From assembly GCA_047623225.1 (NCBI GenBank), contig JBLHME010000002.1, positions 675-64,674 of the forward strand: a stretch of 64,000 nucleotides of DNA. The letters run 5' to 3'. This DNA comes from Cryomorphaceae bacterium (lineage in GTDB: Bacteria > Pseudomonadota > Gammaproteobacteria > Arenicellales > Arenicellaceae). The position numbers and the translations under genes are program-made. Positions 38,723 to 49,368 of this stretch are shown here, piece by piece. Positions within the stretch are counted from its first letter, which is position 1. Each line of letters starts with the position of its first letter. The notes below the pieces were generated by a model that had not been told where the DNA came from, searched no databases, and saw only the letters and a program-made list of their open reading frames with translations.

Positions 38723-41038
38723 ATGAAAAGTGCTACTTACTAGACTATCGCCTTAACTCTTATAGTGAGCCTCTTAAAACTCTCTGACAACAGTCGGGGA
38801 TATGAGCCCCCAACTACAAACCAAGGAAATGATGGCGTGCCGCTGACAAACGAAACAATTTTTGAAAAATGGGAATACAACGCGATACACCCCGGTGCGG
38901 TGCGATGGTCGGATGAGGGCGCGAACTATAGCGCCTTAGAAACCGCTGCAGGTTATGAAGACGCCGAACTTGAAAAGGATCAATACGGTGACGACATCAG
39001 AGTGTATGAAGAAGTTGTGCAATACGACCCAGCAACTTTGAATCGATCCATACTAATTTCCTTAAAACAGCTGACCCCCAAAGGTGCTGACAAGGCTCTG
39101 ATCGTGGATGACTATCAATGGTCTGACGACAAATCTAAGATCTTAATTTTTACCAATGCCGAGTATGTATGGCGCGAGAAAGATCGCGGTGACTACTGGG
39201 TGCGCGAAATCAGTACCGGCGACTTATGGAAACTGGGCGCCGATCAAACCGCAAGAGGGCAAATGATGTTCGGTAAGTTTTCGCCTGACGGTTTAATGTT
39301 TGGCTACGTTTGGAACAACAACATTTATGTTCAAAACCTTAGCAACCGCAAGGTAACAGCCCTCACCAGCGATGCCTCGTCAACCATCATCAATGGCTTG
39401 TTTGACTGGGCCTATGAGGAAGAGTTCTCTATCAGAGATGGCTTTCGTTGGAGCCCCGACAGTCAGCGCATTGCCTATTGGCAGCTTGACACTCATGCCG
39501 CTAAAGATTTTTTGATCATCAATAATACCGACACACTTTACCCCAAAGTAACCGCGATCCCCTACCCCAAGGTGGGTGAGGAGAACGCCGCAGCACGCAT
39601 CGGTATAGTGACGCTTAGTACTGCAAAAACTCAGTGGGTGGAGTTGCCGGGTGTGGCTAAGGATATGTATGTGCCGCGCATGGATTGGGCCAACAATAGT
39701 GAAGAGCTGCTTATCCAGCAATTTAATCGCAAGCAAGACATCAACAATTTGTTCTATGCAGACGCCATAAGCGGCAAAGCCAAAATGTTTTTTAGTGAGC
39801 GCGAAGAAACCTTTATCGAACTAATGATCGAGCCTGATTGGCTCGAAGAATCCGACGATTTTATATGGCAAAGCGAACGCGATGGCTGGAAGCATGTGTA
39901 TCGTGTTTCGCGCGATGGCAAAACCCATAAAGACCTAACCCCAGGTGATTTCGATGTTACCAAACTGATCTCTGTGGATGAGGAAAACGGATGGCTTTAT
40001 TTTATCGCATCGCCTGACAATGTGTCGCAACGACACTTGCAGCGCACGCGCTTAGATGGGAGCGGCAAGATGGAACAGGTCACGCCGACCAAATTTGCCG
40101 GTACCAATAGTTACAAAATATCAGCGGACTCTAGCTGGGCGATCCACACTTATTCAAATTTCATGATGCCGCCAGTCTACAATCTGGTGTCGCTGCCAGA
40201 TCATAAAGTACACCATGTGCTCGAGGACAACGCTGAGCTGCTGGCGAAATTAGCCGAACTGAAATTGGGCGAGCTGGAATTTTATAGTGTCGAGACACAA
40301 GATGGTTTGCGCTTAGACGGCTACATGATCCGCCCACCGAATATGGATCCCAACGCCAAGTATCCGCTGATTCACTATGTCTACGGCGAGCCTGCTGGTC
40401 AAACAGTCAAAGATGGTTGGTCTAATAGAAACCTCTGGCACATGATGATGTCACAACGCGGCTACCTTATTTCATCCATAGACAACCGCGGCACCAAGGC
40501 ACCGCGCGGCCACGCATGGCGACGCAGTATCTATGCAAGCGATGGTAGTTTGGAAACACGAGACCAATCTGACGCTATCAAAGCCATGTGTAAACGCTGG
40601 GACTATATCGATTGTTCACGTATTGGGGTATGGGGCCATTCCGGCGGGGGCAGCTTAACGCTCAACCTAATGTTTCGCTATCCGCAGCAATTTAAGGTGG
40701 GTGTGTCGATAGCGCCGGTGCCTGATAAACGGCTCTATGACTCCATTTACCAGGAACGCTATTCGGGGCTTCTGAGTGACTACGTCGATAACTATTTGCA
40801 GTTCTCAGCAATAACCCACGCATCCAAGCTCGAAGGCAAACTATTGCTGGTACACGGCACCGGTGATGACAACGTTCACTATCAGGGCAGTGAACTATTG
40901 ATCAATGAATTGGTTAAACATAATCGACAGTTCGAACTAATGGCATACCCAAATAGGCGCCATGGCATTGTCGAAGGCGAAGGAACATCCCTGCACTTAC
41001 ATACAATGAAGTCAGAGTATTTTTTCGACCACCTTTGA
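38723..41038 (+). pseudogene. S9B dipeptidyl peptidase IV-like protein with an in-frame TAG in its signal peptide (catalytic part 38765..41038 intact)
   Basis: DWAYEEEF, YPKVG, IDNRGT, GVWGHSGGG, HGTGDDNVH; upstream ATG 38723 with AAGGA RBS reads MKSATY*TIALTLIVSLL in the same frame. Confidence 0.7.
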
Positions 41039-41105
41039 GAAAACTAGAGTTAAACCTGAAGGCACACCTAAAAAGTATGTCTATCTGAGCTCATACTCCG
41101 GGCAT

Positions 41106-41687
41106 TTAAATGCTACTCAATTCATTGGCAACGCAAATCGCTGAATGAGCATCATTCGCGGCATATAAAATTTGATTCTTTTTGAGCGGGTAAGCACCCC
41201 AGTTTGATTTCTGAGCGCCTTTGCCTAAACGTAATTTGAGAATCATTGCGACAGCCGCTCGAGCACCAATCATCGACTTTTCTCCTATTAAATTTTTCGT
41301 TTTAATCGATAAGTCTTGTGTGTTCACAACCTTTATATCCAGTTTAGTGAGCAGCTCACTTTTATCTCCAGCAATACCAAATCCAACTTTCTTTATGTTT
41401 GGGTTACTCAATATTGCCTTCGCTGAAGATACCGCTGAAGGGAACCTGGTTGGAAATAGAAACGCTTTTGATTCAGTTGCTAGCTGAATTAGCGTTGGGC
41501 CAGGGCTAATCTCACCTTTGCGAAAAATAGGCTTACTTTCAGTATCAAAGCCTAAACAAATCTCATTTTCCAGCTCTTTTATTGCTCTGGCGGCATCTAG
41601 TTCATTTTCAACTATATCTATAGCGGCAAGATCAAGACCAACGTACAAAGGCAATTCTCTTATTTGTTCTTTAGTCGGACGTTGCAT
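41106..41687 (-). CDS. DEDDy 3'-5' exonuclease domain protein (RNase D/WRN-like)
   Basis: LGFDTES, LIQLA, KKVGFG..D, SNWG..PL..Q..YAA.DA. Confidence 0.88.
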   Translation of the reverse strand: MQRPTKEQIRELPLYVGLDLAAIDIVENELDAARAIKELENEICLGFDTESKPIFRKGEISPGPTLIQLATESKAFLFPTRFPSAVSSAKAILSNPNIKKVGFGIAGDKSELLTKLDIKVVNTQDLSIKTKNLIGEKSMIGARAAVAMILKLRLGKGAQKSNWGAYPLKKNQILYAANDAHSAICVANELSSI

Positions 41688-41798
41688 GGCCTATCTCACT
41701 AATTACTCTCTTACTGTTAAAATACTAAAAATCAAAGTTAGCCTTAGATGTCTACTTTGACTGTATTGCAGTTTTTATTAGGCAACCCTGCGACGCGC

Positions 41799-42470
41799 TT
41801 ACGCAACCTGCCTATCGAGTTCGGCGCAAAGCTCATGACTCAACCCCAATGCCACTACTAAATCCTCTAAAAACATTTTTTCTGGAAGTGAAGAATGTTC
41901 GTCAACCAACAATCTTGTGGCTAAATAGATTTCGGCCGCCACTACGTCTCCATCGGCTAAATTGCCAAGTTCCTGGGCAGACAATGGGCTATCAATTATT
42001 TTCTCTAAGCGTTGTGCATCATCGTCACTTAGATGCATCTGCAAAATCTCATGCTTAATCGCTTTTAGCTCGTCATCATCTACTTTTCCATCGGCATTGG
42101 CGGCGGCGACCATGGCTTTGATTATGAGTGATGAATCGACGTAGCTTGGGCCGGCAACATCAACCACTTCTGACTGCTTATCGCCCTGCCAATTTTGGTA
42201 TCCGGTATAAGCCGCTACACCGAGTGCCGCTAAACCACCCAATTTAATCGCTGTGCCGGTTAAGGAGCGCCCAGCACGTGTACCCAGTAGACCAACTAAT
42301 ACGGCCGACGCAATGGCTCCTTTCTTTAGGCCGTCGAGCATCACTTCACGCTCTTGCCCTTCGCTTGGGATGTTCAGTTTTTGTTCAGCGATCGCTTGGC
42401 CTTTTTCGGCGTATTCTTTACCTGTGGCGAGTAGGCTCTCGAGTAGCTGTTCTAGATTTACAGTATTCAT
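41799..42470 (-). CDS. DUF533 (YebE/TerB-like) protein
   Basis: LGGLAALGVAAY..YQNW, IIKAMVAAANADGKVD..E, AAEIYLA. Confidence 0.85.
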   Translation of the reverse strand: MNTVNLEQLLESLLATGKEYAEKGQAIAEQKLNIPSEGQEREVMLDGLKKGAIASAVLVGLLGTRAGRSLTGTAIKLGGLAALGVAAYTGYQNWQGDKQSEVVDVAGPSYVDSSLIIKAMVAAANADGKVDDDELKAIKHEILQMHLSDDDAQRLEKIIDSPLSAQELGNLADGDVVAAEIYLATRLLVDEHSSLPEKMFLEDLVVALGLSHELCAELDRQVA

Positions 42471-42521
42471 CAGTAGGCTCTGCAATTGTTTGCTAGCCTT
42501 TCACAATACGTGATGCGCGGA

Positions 42522-42555
42522 GCGCAAGCAATTTGAACGGCGCAAGCAATTTGAA
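42522..42555. repeat. Tandem direct repeat, 16-bp unit with 18-bp period
   Basis: GCGCAAGCAATTTGAA at 42522-42537 and 42540-42555. Confidence 0.85.
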
Positions 42556-42558
42556 ACA

Positions 42559-42585
42559 AATGGCAGTTTCAACCAACCTGCCATT
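42559..42585 (-). terminator. Probable terminator hairpin after rlmD
   Basis: AATGGCAG-N11-CTGCCATT inverted repeat 6 nt from the rlmD stop, followed by TGTTT on the minus strand. Confidence 0.5.
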
Positions 42586-42591
42586 ACTGCA

Positions 42592-43938
42592 CTATTTCTC
42601 GAAAACGGCTATCGACTCAACATGCGCAGTATGTGGGAACATATCGATGACGCCTGCTTGAGTCATGGTATAGCCATGCTCGTTGACCATCACTCCAGCA
42701 TCGCGCGCCAAGGTGGCGGGCCCACAGGAAACATAGACTACTTTTGAAGCTTCGAATTGCGGTAATCGCTTGATCATTTCAGCCGCCCCTGAGCGTGGTG
42801 GATCAAGCAAAATCTTGTCGAACTTTTGATCCAACCAATCACCGTGCGAACTAGAGGACATATCTTCTTTGAACAAATCACCAAAATGAAAATCGACATT
42901 ATCGAGTTTGTTCAATTGCCTATTATGCAACGCGCGATTTACCAGAGCCTGGTCACCTTCCACTCCAATGACGGTATTGGATTTTCGAGCCAGCGGCAGG
43001 GTGAAGTTACCAACGCCGCAGAACAAATCCAGCACGCGGTCGTTTGGCTGCAAATCAAGCAATTCAATGGTGCGCGCAACTAGTTGCTGATTGATGCCGC
43101 TATTGACCTGAATAAAGTCGGTGGGCAGAAATTCGACTCGTATGTCAAAGTCTTTAAAGTCATAAAATAATGGCTCTGGCTTTATTGGGTACAACGGGTG
43201 CACTGTTTTTAAACCGCCGGGCTGCAAAAACAACTGCAGCTTATTGCGCTTGGCAAATTCTGTGAGCAGATCAAGATCGTTTTGCACAAAAGGCTCTAGG
43301 TGTCGCACAATCATTACTGTAGTGTTGTCTGCAACAGAGATCTCCACCTGAGGGATTTTATCATTACATGAGATCTGCTCAAGTGTCTCACGCAAGTCGG
43401 GCAGTACCGCGGACACATCTGGATACAGAACTTCGCAGCGATCAGTGGGTTGGATATAACTGGTATTGCGTTCACGAAAACCGACAATCATGCCGCCCTT
43501 CTTAGGCACAAATTTTGCCCCCAACCGAGCTCGCCTACGATAACCCCAAGACTCCCCAGTCATTGGTTCAAGTAATTGCTCGGGCTGCACGTTGCCTATC
43601 TTTTTGAAGTTTTCCAGCAGCGCTTGTTGTTTATATTGTATTTGCATCTTCTCATCGAGGTGCTGCAACACACAACCGCCGCATTGCCCAAAGACTGGGC
43701 ATTTAGGCTCAATTCTGTGCTCCGATGGCTCAAGCACTTCGATGGTTGAACCGAACAAATAACTTTTGCGGTTCATCACTGGCACGTATCGTACCTTCTC
43801 TCCAGGCAGCGCGTAGTCAACAAACACCACCTTGCCATCTTCACCTCGCCCAACCCCACGCCCATCATGCGCCATTGAGTCAATGAATATCTCGCGAGGA
43901 GTAGTGTCGATCTGTTTACGATTACGGCGTCTAGCCAT
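42592..43938 (-). CDS. rlmD: 23S rRNA (uracil1939-C5)-methyltransferase
   Basis: TRAM domain, CPVFGQCGGC, FIQVN, LDLFCGVGNF, LDPPRSG, YVSC.PATLARD, DMFPHT.HVE. Confidence 0.96.
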   Translation of the reverse strand: MARRRNRKQIDTTPREIFIDSMAHDGRGVGRGEDGKVVFVDYALPGEKVRYVPVMNRKSYLFGSTIEVLEPSEHRIEPKCPVFGQCGGCVLQHLDEKMQIQYKQQALLENFKKIGNVQPEQLLEPMTGESWGYRRRARLGAKFVPKKGGMIVGFRERNTSYIQPTDRCEVLYPDVSAVLPDLRETLEQISCNDKIPQVEISVADNTTVMIVRHLEPFVQNDLDLLTEFAKRNKLQLFLQPGGLKTVHPLYPIKPEPLFYDFKDFDIRVEFLPTDFIQVNSGINQQLVARTIELLDLQPNDRVLDLFCGVGNFTLPLARKSNTVIGVEGDQALVNRALHNRQLNKLDNVDFHFGDLFKEDMSSSSHGDWLDQKFDKILLDPPRSGAAEMIKRLPQFEASKVVYVSCGPATLARDAGVMVNEHGYTMTQAGVIDMFPHTAHVESIAVFEK

Positions 43939-44091
43939 GGGACTTCCTAATTGGAGTATAGCGGTTGGTTAAAAATCGAAGCGTCAAAGAGCTTCGAACT
44001 CAGGTTAGGCGGGAGCGCTATTCTAGTGCAAATACTGCATTTTGAGTATATTATTTGCACACAAAAAATAACCCCTATTTTGGAGAACCAC

Positions 44092-44478
44092 ATGTCTTTC
44101 GTAATTCTGGTAACCATGTTACTACTCATTCAATACATTTATTTCATGATGCAAGTTGGCAAAGCTCGCGGCATGGCTGACTTGAAAGCTCCAGCTATGA
44201 GCGGCGATGAGCATTTTGAGCGATGCAGTCGAGTACATATGAACACCCTTGAACAACTGGCCATCACTTTGCCTGCCATGTGGGTTTGCGCGGTTTATTT
44301 TAGAGCGGATGTCGCCGCCATTCTAGGCGCGGTATTCTTGGTAGGTCGTTTCGTCTACTCCGCAGGATACATAAGTGACCCAACTAAGCGCGGGACCGGC
44401 ATGATGATCGGCTTTATAGCCAACTTGGCGCTAATACTGATTGGCTTATACATAGCTATAATGCAAATAGCGTTCTAG
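44092..44478 (+). CDS. MAPEG-family membrane protein
   Basis: VGKAR...APA..G..FER..RVHMNTLEQ, GRFVY..GY; RBS GGAG before ATG 44092. Confidence 0.88.
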   Translation: MSFVILVTMLLLIQYIYFMMQVGKARGMADLKAPAMSGDEHFERCSRVHMNTLEQLAITLPAMWVCAVYFRADVAAILGAVFLVGRFVYSAGYISDPTKRGTGMMIGFIANLALILIGLYIAIMQIAF

Positions 44479-44490
44479 AGTTTAGATCCT

Positions 44491-45273
44491 CTAGGCAGTA
44501 TTCGATTCCCACACCTGTAGAAATTCCTGCAGGTGTGGTTCACCTTTAGCGAGGGTTTCCTTCACCAGTTGGTGCTCTGCTTGCAAACCAGCATCAGTTA
44601 GATTTCCCTTCACATACTGCCAGTGCAGATACACAAGGTAAGTGTTCAACGCATCGGTCTCACAATAATCGCGAATCGCTTTAATCTCGCCAGCTTGGTA
44701 TTGACCCCACACCTTTGAGCCACTCATGCCCATCTTACCGGGAAAGCCCAGCAGCACGGCCACCTCATCGAGAGGTGCAAATGCTCGGTTATTATAACCA
44801 GCAATCACATCCATTAGATCGGTATGGCGCATGTGAAATCGGCCGATATAATTGTTCCATTTGAAGTTGCTGTCGTCTTGGCCTGTGTCCCAGTAGCGAG
44901 CCGCCTGCACACCGTTGATAAGCCCACGATAGTGCAGCACTGGCAAATCAAAGCCACTGCCGTTCCAAGTAACTAAAGTAGGCGTGTGTTTGTCAACGCC
45001 ATCAAAAAAGTTCTGTACGATTTCTTTTTCGGAACTGTCTTCTTGGCCGAGAGTCCATACCGAGAATTGGTCTTTTTGGGTATTGCGATAAACCGCAGAG
45101 ATCGCCACCACTTTTTGCAGATGCGTGGCGATAAATTCATTGCCGACTTTCTCGCGGCGCTTATTGAACATCACTGTGGCTACTTCAGAATCGGTTAAAT
45201 CTTCCAACTCATAAATTTTACGGCCGCCATCAGTGTCTGGAATGGTCTCTATATCGAAAGCTAATACGTTCAT
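44491..45273 (-). CDS. PolB-related 3'-5' exonuclease
   Basis: AFDIETIPD, LVTWNGSGFDLPVL, HTDLMD, IRDYCETD; adjacent to cysM/rlmD as commonly seen. Confidence 0.9.
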   Translation of the reverse strand: MNVLAFDIETIPDTDGGRKIYELEDLTDSEVATVMFNKRREKVGNEFIATHLQKVVAISAVYRNTQKDQFSVWTLGQEDSSEKEIVQNFFDGVDKHTPTLVTWNGSGFDLPVLHYRGLINGVQAARYWDTGQDDSNFKWNNYIGRFHMRHTDLMDVIAGYNNRAFAPLDEVAVLLGFPGKMGMSGSKVWGQYQAGEIKAIRDYCETDALNTYLVYLHWQYVKGNLTDAGLQAEHQLVKETLAKGEPHLQEFLQVWESNTA

Positions 45274-46163
45274 TAATACACTCCTGTGGATAGGTAACGA
45301 TCACCACGGTCGCAAACGATCGAGACAATAACGGACTTCTGAGACTTGGCCTCTTGTTCTGCAGCCACTTGCAACGCGATTGCCATAGCGCCACCGGAAG
45401 ATACGCCAGCAAAAATACCTTCTTGGGTTGCGAGCAAGCGCATGGTTTGTTCTGCAGTTTGTTGATCAACATCAATAATTCTATCTACTCGACGAGCATC
45501 AAAAATCTTAGGTAAGTATTCAATGGGCCAACGGCGAATTCCAGGAATTTGAGAATCACCCTCAGGTTGCACACCGATTATTTGCACAGCAGGATTCTGC
45601 TCTTTTAGATACTTTGACACACCCATAATAGTGCCTGTAGTGCCCATGGAGCTTATAAAATGTGTCACCGCCCCCTGCGTATCAAGCCAAATTTCTGGGC
45701 CGGTCGATTCATAATGTGCACTCCAGTTATCGTCATTCGAAAACTGATCTAACACAACTCCTTTTCCATCTGCCTGCATTTGGTCAGCCGTGTCGCGCGC
45801 CAACTCCATGCCACCAGCCTCTGCCGATATAGAAATAATCTCAGCGCCAAAAGCTCGCATTGATGCGTAGCGCTCTTCGCTCATATTATCCGGCATCAAT
45901 AAAACCATCTTATAGCCTTTCATAGCCGCCGACATCGCCAAAGCAATGCCGGTGTTGCCACTGGTGGCCTCAATCAAAGTATCGCCAGGCTTAATATCAC
46001 CACGTGCCTCAGCTTTGGCAATCATGTTCAGGGCGGGCCGATCCTTAACTGAACCTGCAGGATTATTACCCTCAAGCTTGCCGAGCACCGTTACATGCTC
46101 ACCTTGCCATAAGCGTTTTAATTGAACTAATGGCGTATTGCCGACGCAGTCTTCTAAGTACAC
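45273..46163 (-). CDS. cysM: Cysteine synthase B
   Basis: GNTPLV, KLEGNNPAGSVKDR, EATSGNTG, MGTTGT, IPGIRRWP, CDRGDRYLS. Confidence 0.96.
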   Translation of the reverse strand: MYLEDCVGNTPLVQLKRLWQGEHVTVLGKLEGNNPAGSVKDRPALNMIAKAEARGDIKPGDTLIEATSGNTGIALAMSAAMKGYKMVLLMPDNMSEERYASMRAFGAEIISISAEAGGMELARDTADQMQADGKGVVLDQFSNDDNWSAHYESTGPEIWLDTQGAVTHFISSMGTTGTIMGVSKYLKEQNPAVQIIGVQPEGDSQIPGIRRWPIEYLPKIFDARRVDRIIDVDQQTAEQTMRLLATQEGIFAGVSSGGAMAIALQVAAEQEAKSQKSVIVSIVCDRGDRYLSTGVY

Positions 46164-46178
46164 GGAGTAAGTAGCGAA

Positions 46179-46886
46179 CTAGTCGTCGCCAAAGCTCATG
46201 AAAATCTGTAATAGAAATCTAAACATTAAGGCTATCGAAGCGAATAAGGCAAGAGCAGCAGCAACATGCTGATCTTCACCGTATTCACGCATGATATTAG
46301 AGGTGTTGTATAAAATCGCAGCGCCCGCCAAACCAACAATCGCAAATGAAAAAACGAGGCCTAGATTAAATCCAAAAATCACCGCCGCTATGGCGAGGCC
46401 AATCGCGATAAAAGCACCAATTGTTATAATGGGGCCTAAGAATGAAAAATCTTTGCGCGTTGTAAAGCAAATATAGGTTAAGCCTGTGACCAATGCAGCG
46501 GTGGTCACGGCAGCATTGCCAATAGCGTTGGGCGCAATGTTTTGTGCCATGTACATAGCCGGCAACAAAATTATTGCTTCGGCGAATATAAAAAGTCCAA
46601 GACCAGCGTATTGCATTTCTTTGGATTTATTAGAATGCGCCCAATTATTAGCCACGTAGCTAGCGCCTATGAACAAGCCAATGTACAACAATACGTTCAT
46701 CATGCCGCCGCCTAAAAACTGCATAGCCACAGGCCCTAAACCAAGCCCTAACATCTGCCATTCTAGGATGGCCAGCAATGCCAATGAGGCCGCAACATGA
46801 CCGTATGTACGGCGAATGAATCCAGCTCTAGCTTCGCCAGGTAGAGATGCGACTACATTGCCAGAAGCGACATTCAAATAACTCAT
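46179..46886 (-). CDS. Bax inhibitor-1/YccA-family membrane protein
   Basis: FIRRTY.H, TRKDFSFL, ILY.TSNI, AAL.LF; seven hydrophobic segments. Confidence 0.88.
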   Translation of the reverse strand: MSYLNVASGNVVASLPGEARAGFIRRTYGHVAASLALLAILEWQMLGLGLGPVAMQFLGGGMMNVLLYIGLFIGASYVANNWAHSNKSKEMQYAGLGLFIFAEAIILLPAMYMAQNIAPNAIGNAAVTTAALVTGLTYICFTTRKDFSFLGPIITIGAFIAIGLAIAAVIFGFNLGLVFSFAIVGLAGAAILYNTSNIMREYGEDQHVAAALALFASIALMFRFLLQIFMSFGDD

Positions 46887-46975
46887 AAAAACTCCGATTA
46901 ATTTAAGTGGTAAAAGCCTACTTGGTGTAGGCATAAGTTGTATTGCTTCAAGTTTATCATGGTGCTAATGACGAA

Positions 46976-48700
46976 CTATTCAATATGTTGAATCATCAAC
47001 TGCAAACTCAGCCGGTCGCGAAATTCGTTTACATCGAGCCTATAGGCAGCGCGAATAACTCCAGAGGGTAAGGATTCATGGCTATTTAAATAGCCAAAGC
47101 AAATTCCATCGATTTGTTGCTCGCCACCCACTGGCTGTAAGCGCAACTTGGCGTGAGTGTCGCCCACCACGCGGGCGTCAAGCACTTCAAATTGACCATC
47201 AAACACTGGCTCTGCAAAGCCCTGCCCCCATGGCGTGGTCTGGCGTAGCTGCTCGGCCAGCTCCATGGTGAATTCGTCTGCCGCGAGTTCGCCATCGGTC
47301 CACAAAACATGGCTCCAATCCCGGCCCTCGGTCATCTCTTGAGCGGTGAGTAACAGCGCCGCCTTAAACTTTTCTAAATTCTCTGTGCGCAATGAAAATC
47401 CAGCGGCCATCGCATGCCCACCAAACTTAGCCAGAAGATTAGGGTGGGTTGCATCGAGGCGAACCAGTAAATCACGAATATGTAGTCCTTCAACACTTCT
47501 CGCCGAGCCCTTCCATTCACCCTCAGCATCACCAGGTGCCATTGCCACTACTGGCCTATGGGTGCGTTCCTTAATGCGAGAAGCAACCAAGCCAACCACA
47601 CCTTGGTGCCAATATTCATCTGATAACACATAGATTGGCGGCACATCGGTTTGGTCAACAGCCAGCTTTTCAACAATCGCCAATGCATCTTGCTGCATCG
47701 ACTGCTCTACCTCACGCCGATCTCGATTGAGCTGATCTAGTTGTACTGCCAAAACCATTGCTTGATCTTCATTTTCGGCCAACAGGCATTCTATGCCTAC
47801 AGACATATCATCTAAACGACCAGCTGCGTTGAGCCTTGGCCCCACAGTAAATCCGAGATCGCTTGAAGCGAGGCGCTGTGGGTTACGATTCCCAACAGAC
47901 AAAAGAGCCCGAATACCTGCGCAGGCTTGCCCTTGACGAATCCGCTGCATACCTTGTTGTACCAAAATTCGGTTATTTTGGTCCAGCGGCACAACATCAG
48001 CCACCGTGCCTAAAGCCACCAGATCAAGAAATTGGGACATATTAGGCTCGTTCAGCCCAGTGTCTGCAAACCAGTTCATTTGCCTTAATTTGGCGCGCAC
48101 CGCCAACATCACGTAGAAAATCACCCCAACGCCAGCCAAGTTTTTACTGGCGAAGCGATCACCTTGCAAATTTGGATTCACTATTACATCTGCGGTGGGG
48201 ATTTCATCCCCAGGTAGATGATGGTCGGTAACCAGCACAGACATTCCTAACGCTTGCGCCGCATGCACACCATCGACACTGCTGATTCCATTATCGACCG
48301 TAACAATTAAATCTGGCTGACGCATCGCAGCAACGCCCACAATCTCAGGCGACAAGCCATAGCCGTATTCAAAACGATTGGGCACCAAATAGCTGGCATT
48401 ATTGCAACCAAAAGCGCGCAGGCATTTTATTGCCACTGCACAACTGGTAGCGCCATCGGCATCAAAATCACCAACTATCACAATTCCCGCATCAGCGCTG
48501 ATCGCTTCAGCCAATAACTCAGCCGCCTGATCAATATTGCTAAGCCCTTTAGGCGGCAATAAACGCTTTAGTGCATAATCTAATCCGTTGGCATTTTGCA
48601 CGCCTCGCGAAGCGAGCACCTGCGCCAGAGCTCTCGGGATGCCTGGTATAGTGGTATTGAGCGCGCTTTGTGGGCGCGGTTTGATTTGAATGTCAGTCAA
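46976..48700 (-). CDS. recJ: Single-stranded-DNA-specific exonuclease RecJ
   Basis: GDFDADG, TVDNG, TDHH, LGTVADVV, PRLNAAGR, FGGHAMAAG. Confidence 0.97.
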   Translation of the reverse strand: MTDIQIKPRPQSALNTTIPGIPRALAQVLASRGVQNANGLDYALKRLLPPKGLSNIDQAAELLAEAISADAGIVIVGDFDADGATSCAVAIKCLRAFGCNNASYLVPNRFEYGYGLSPEIVGVAAMRQPDLIVTVDNGISSVDGVHAAQALGMSVLVTDHHLPGDEIPTADVIVNPNLQGDRFASKNLAGVGVIFYVMLAVRAKLRQMNWFADTGLNEPNMSQFLDLVALGTVADVVPLDQNNRILVQQGMQRIRQGQACAGIRALLSVGNRNPQRLASSDLGFTVGPRLNAAGRLDDMSVGIECLLAENEDQAMVLAVQLDQLNRDRREVEQSMQQDALAIVEKLAVDQTDVPPIYVLSDEYWHQGVVGLVASRIKERTHRPVVAMAPGDAEGEWKGSARSVEGLHIRDLLVRLDATHPNLLAKFGGHAMAAGFSLRTENLEKFKAALLLTAQEMTEGRDWSHVLWTDGELAADEFTMELAEQLRQTTPWGQGFAEPVFDGQFEVLDARVVGDTHAKLRLQPVGGEQQIDGICFGYLNSHESLPSGVIRAAYRLDVNEFRDRLSLQLMIQHIE

Positions 48701-48737
48701 TTTTGTAGTGGAGGCTGTTTTTAAAACTCAAAGAAGT

Positions 48738-49160
48738 ATGAACGATTCAACAGCAGATACAAGATGGTTTTACCGCGCAGCACTGCTAGTGCTTTTTGTA
48801 TCAATGGCGTATGTGATTACGCGCGATGAATACAATTATGCGCATTGGATTCCACACGCTTTTTTGAGAGATTTGGGAATTTCCTATGCCGCATTATTAT
48901 AGGCGGAGCGCCATGGCGACCTATTTTTGCACTTTACTGGCGCCTTTGCATTAGTCCTGCTGATCAACTTCGCGGCACTTGCAATTGTCAGTTTAACGCC
49001 GCAAAGAGCGTTCATAGCGGTTGTAACTATCTGTATCACTGCCGAATTGACTCAATTACTGATAGGCCGGGGGCTTGAAACTAGCTATTTACTGCTCGGA
49101 ATACTGGGCGGTTTCATGGCATACTTGGTGATCGAAAAAAATAAACTATCACTAACTTAA
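48738..49160 (+). pseudogene. Small membrane protein (VanZ-like) interrupted by an in-frame TAG
   Basis: ATG 48738 MNDST...YAALL*AERHGDLFLHFTGAF...AELTQLLIGRG; TAG at 48900-48902 joins ORFs 48690..48902 and 48927..49160 in one frame. Confidence 0.65.
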
Positions 49161-49189
49161 GCTCCCCTACTTAATGGTCAAATTGCCTA

Positions 49190-49231
49190 GCTTTTGATGT
49201 TGTTGGCTCAAGGCTTTTGATGTTATTGGCT
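49190..49231. repeat. Imperfect 19-bp direct repeat upstream of the carboxylase gene
   Basis: GCTTTTGATGTTGTTGGCT (49190-49208) and GCTTTTGATGTTATTGGCT (49213-49231). Confidence 0.8.
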
Positions 49232-49368
49232 GTTTAGGCTCAAGCCTCAAGACCATTTACTGTCTTTGAGAGTTCGACACCTTAAACAGATTCGTTGGGC
49301 GGAGTCTAAGCAAAGTACAAACGATTTATAATGACAATATTTAGTAATCAACTTATGGGTATGAAGCG

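Noticed and set aside
41106-48700. Three exonucleases close together (DEDDy, PolB-like, RecJ) as a novel nucleic-acid system
   Set aside because: The cysM, PolB-like exonuclease, rlmD arrangement is a common conserved neighbourhood, and the others are separated by unrelated genes with no shared operon or repeat structure.
21323-48902. Stop-codon reassignment (TAG or TGA read as an amino acid) to explain the repeated in-frame stops
   Set aside because: Core genes terminate normally at TAG (glnE, clpB, rne, rlmD, murA) and TGA (hisD). The internal stops are of both types, occur only in accessory genes, and co-occur with frameshifts.
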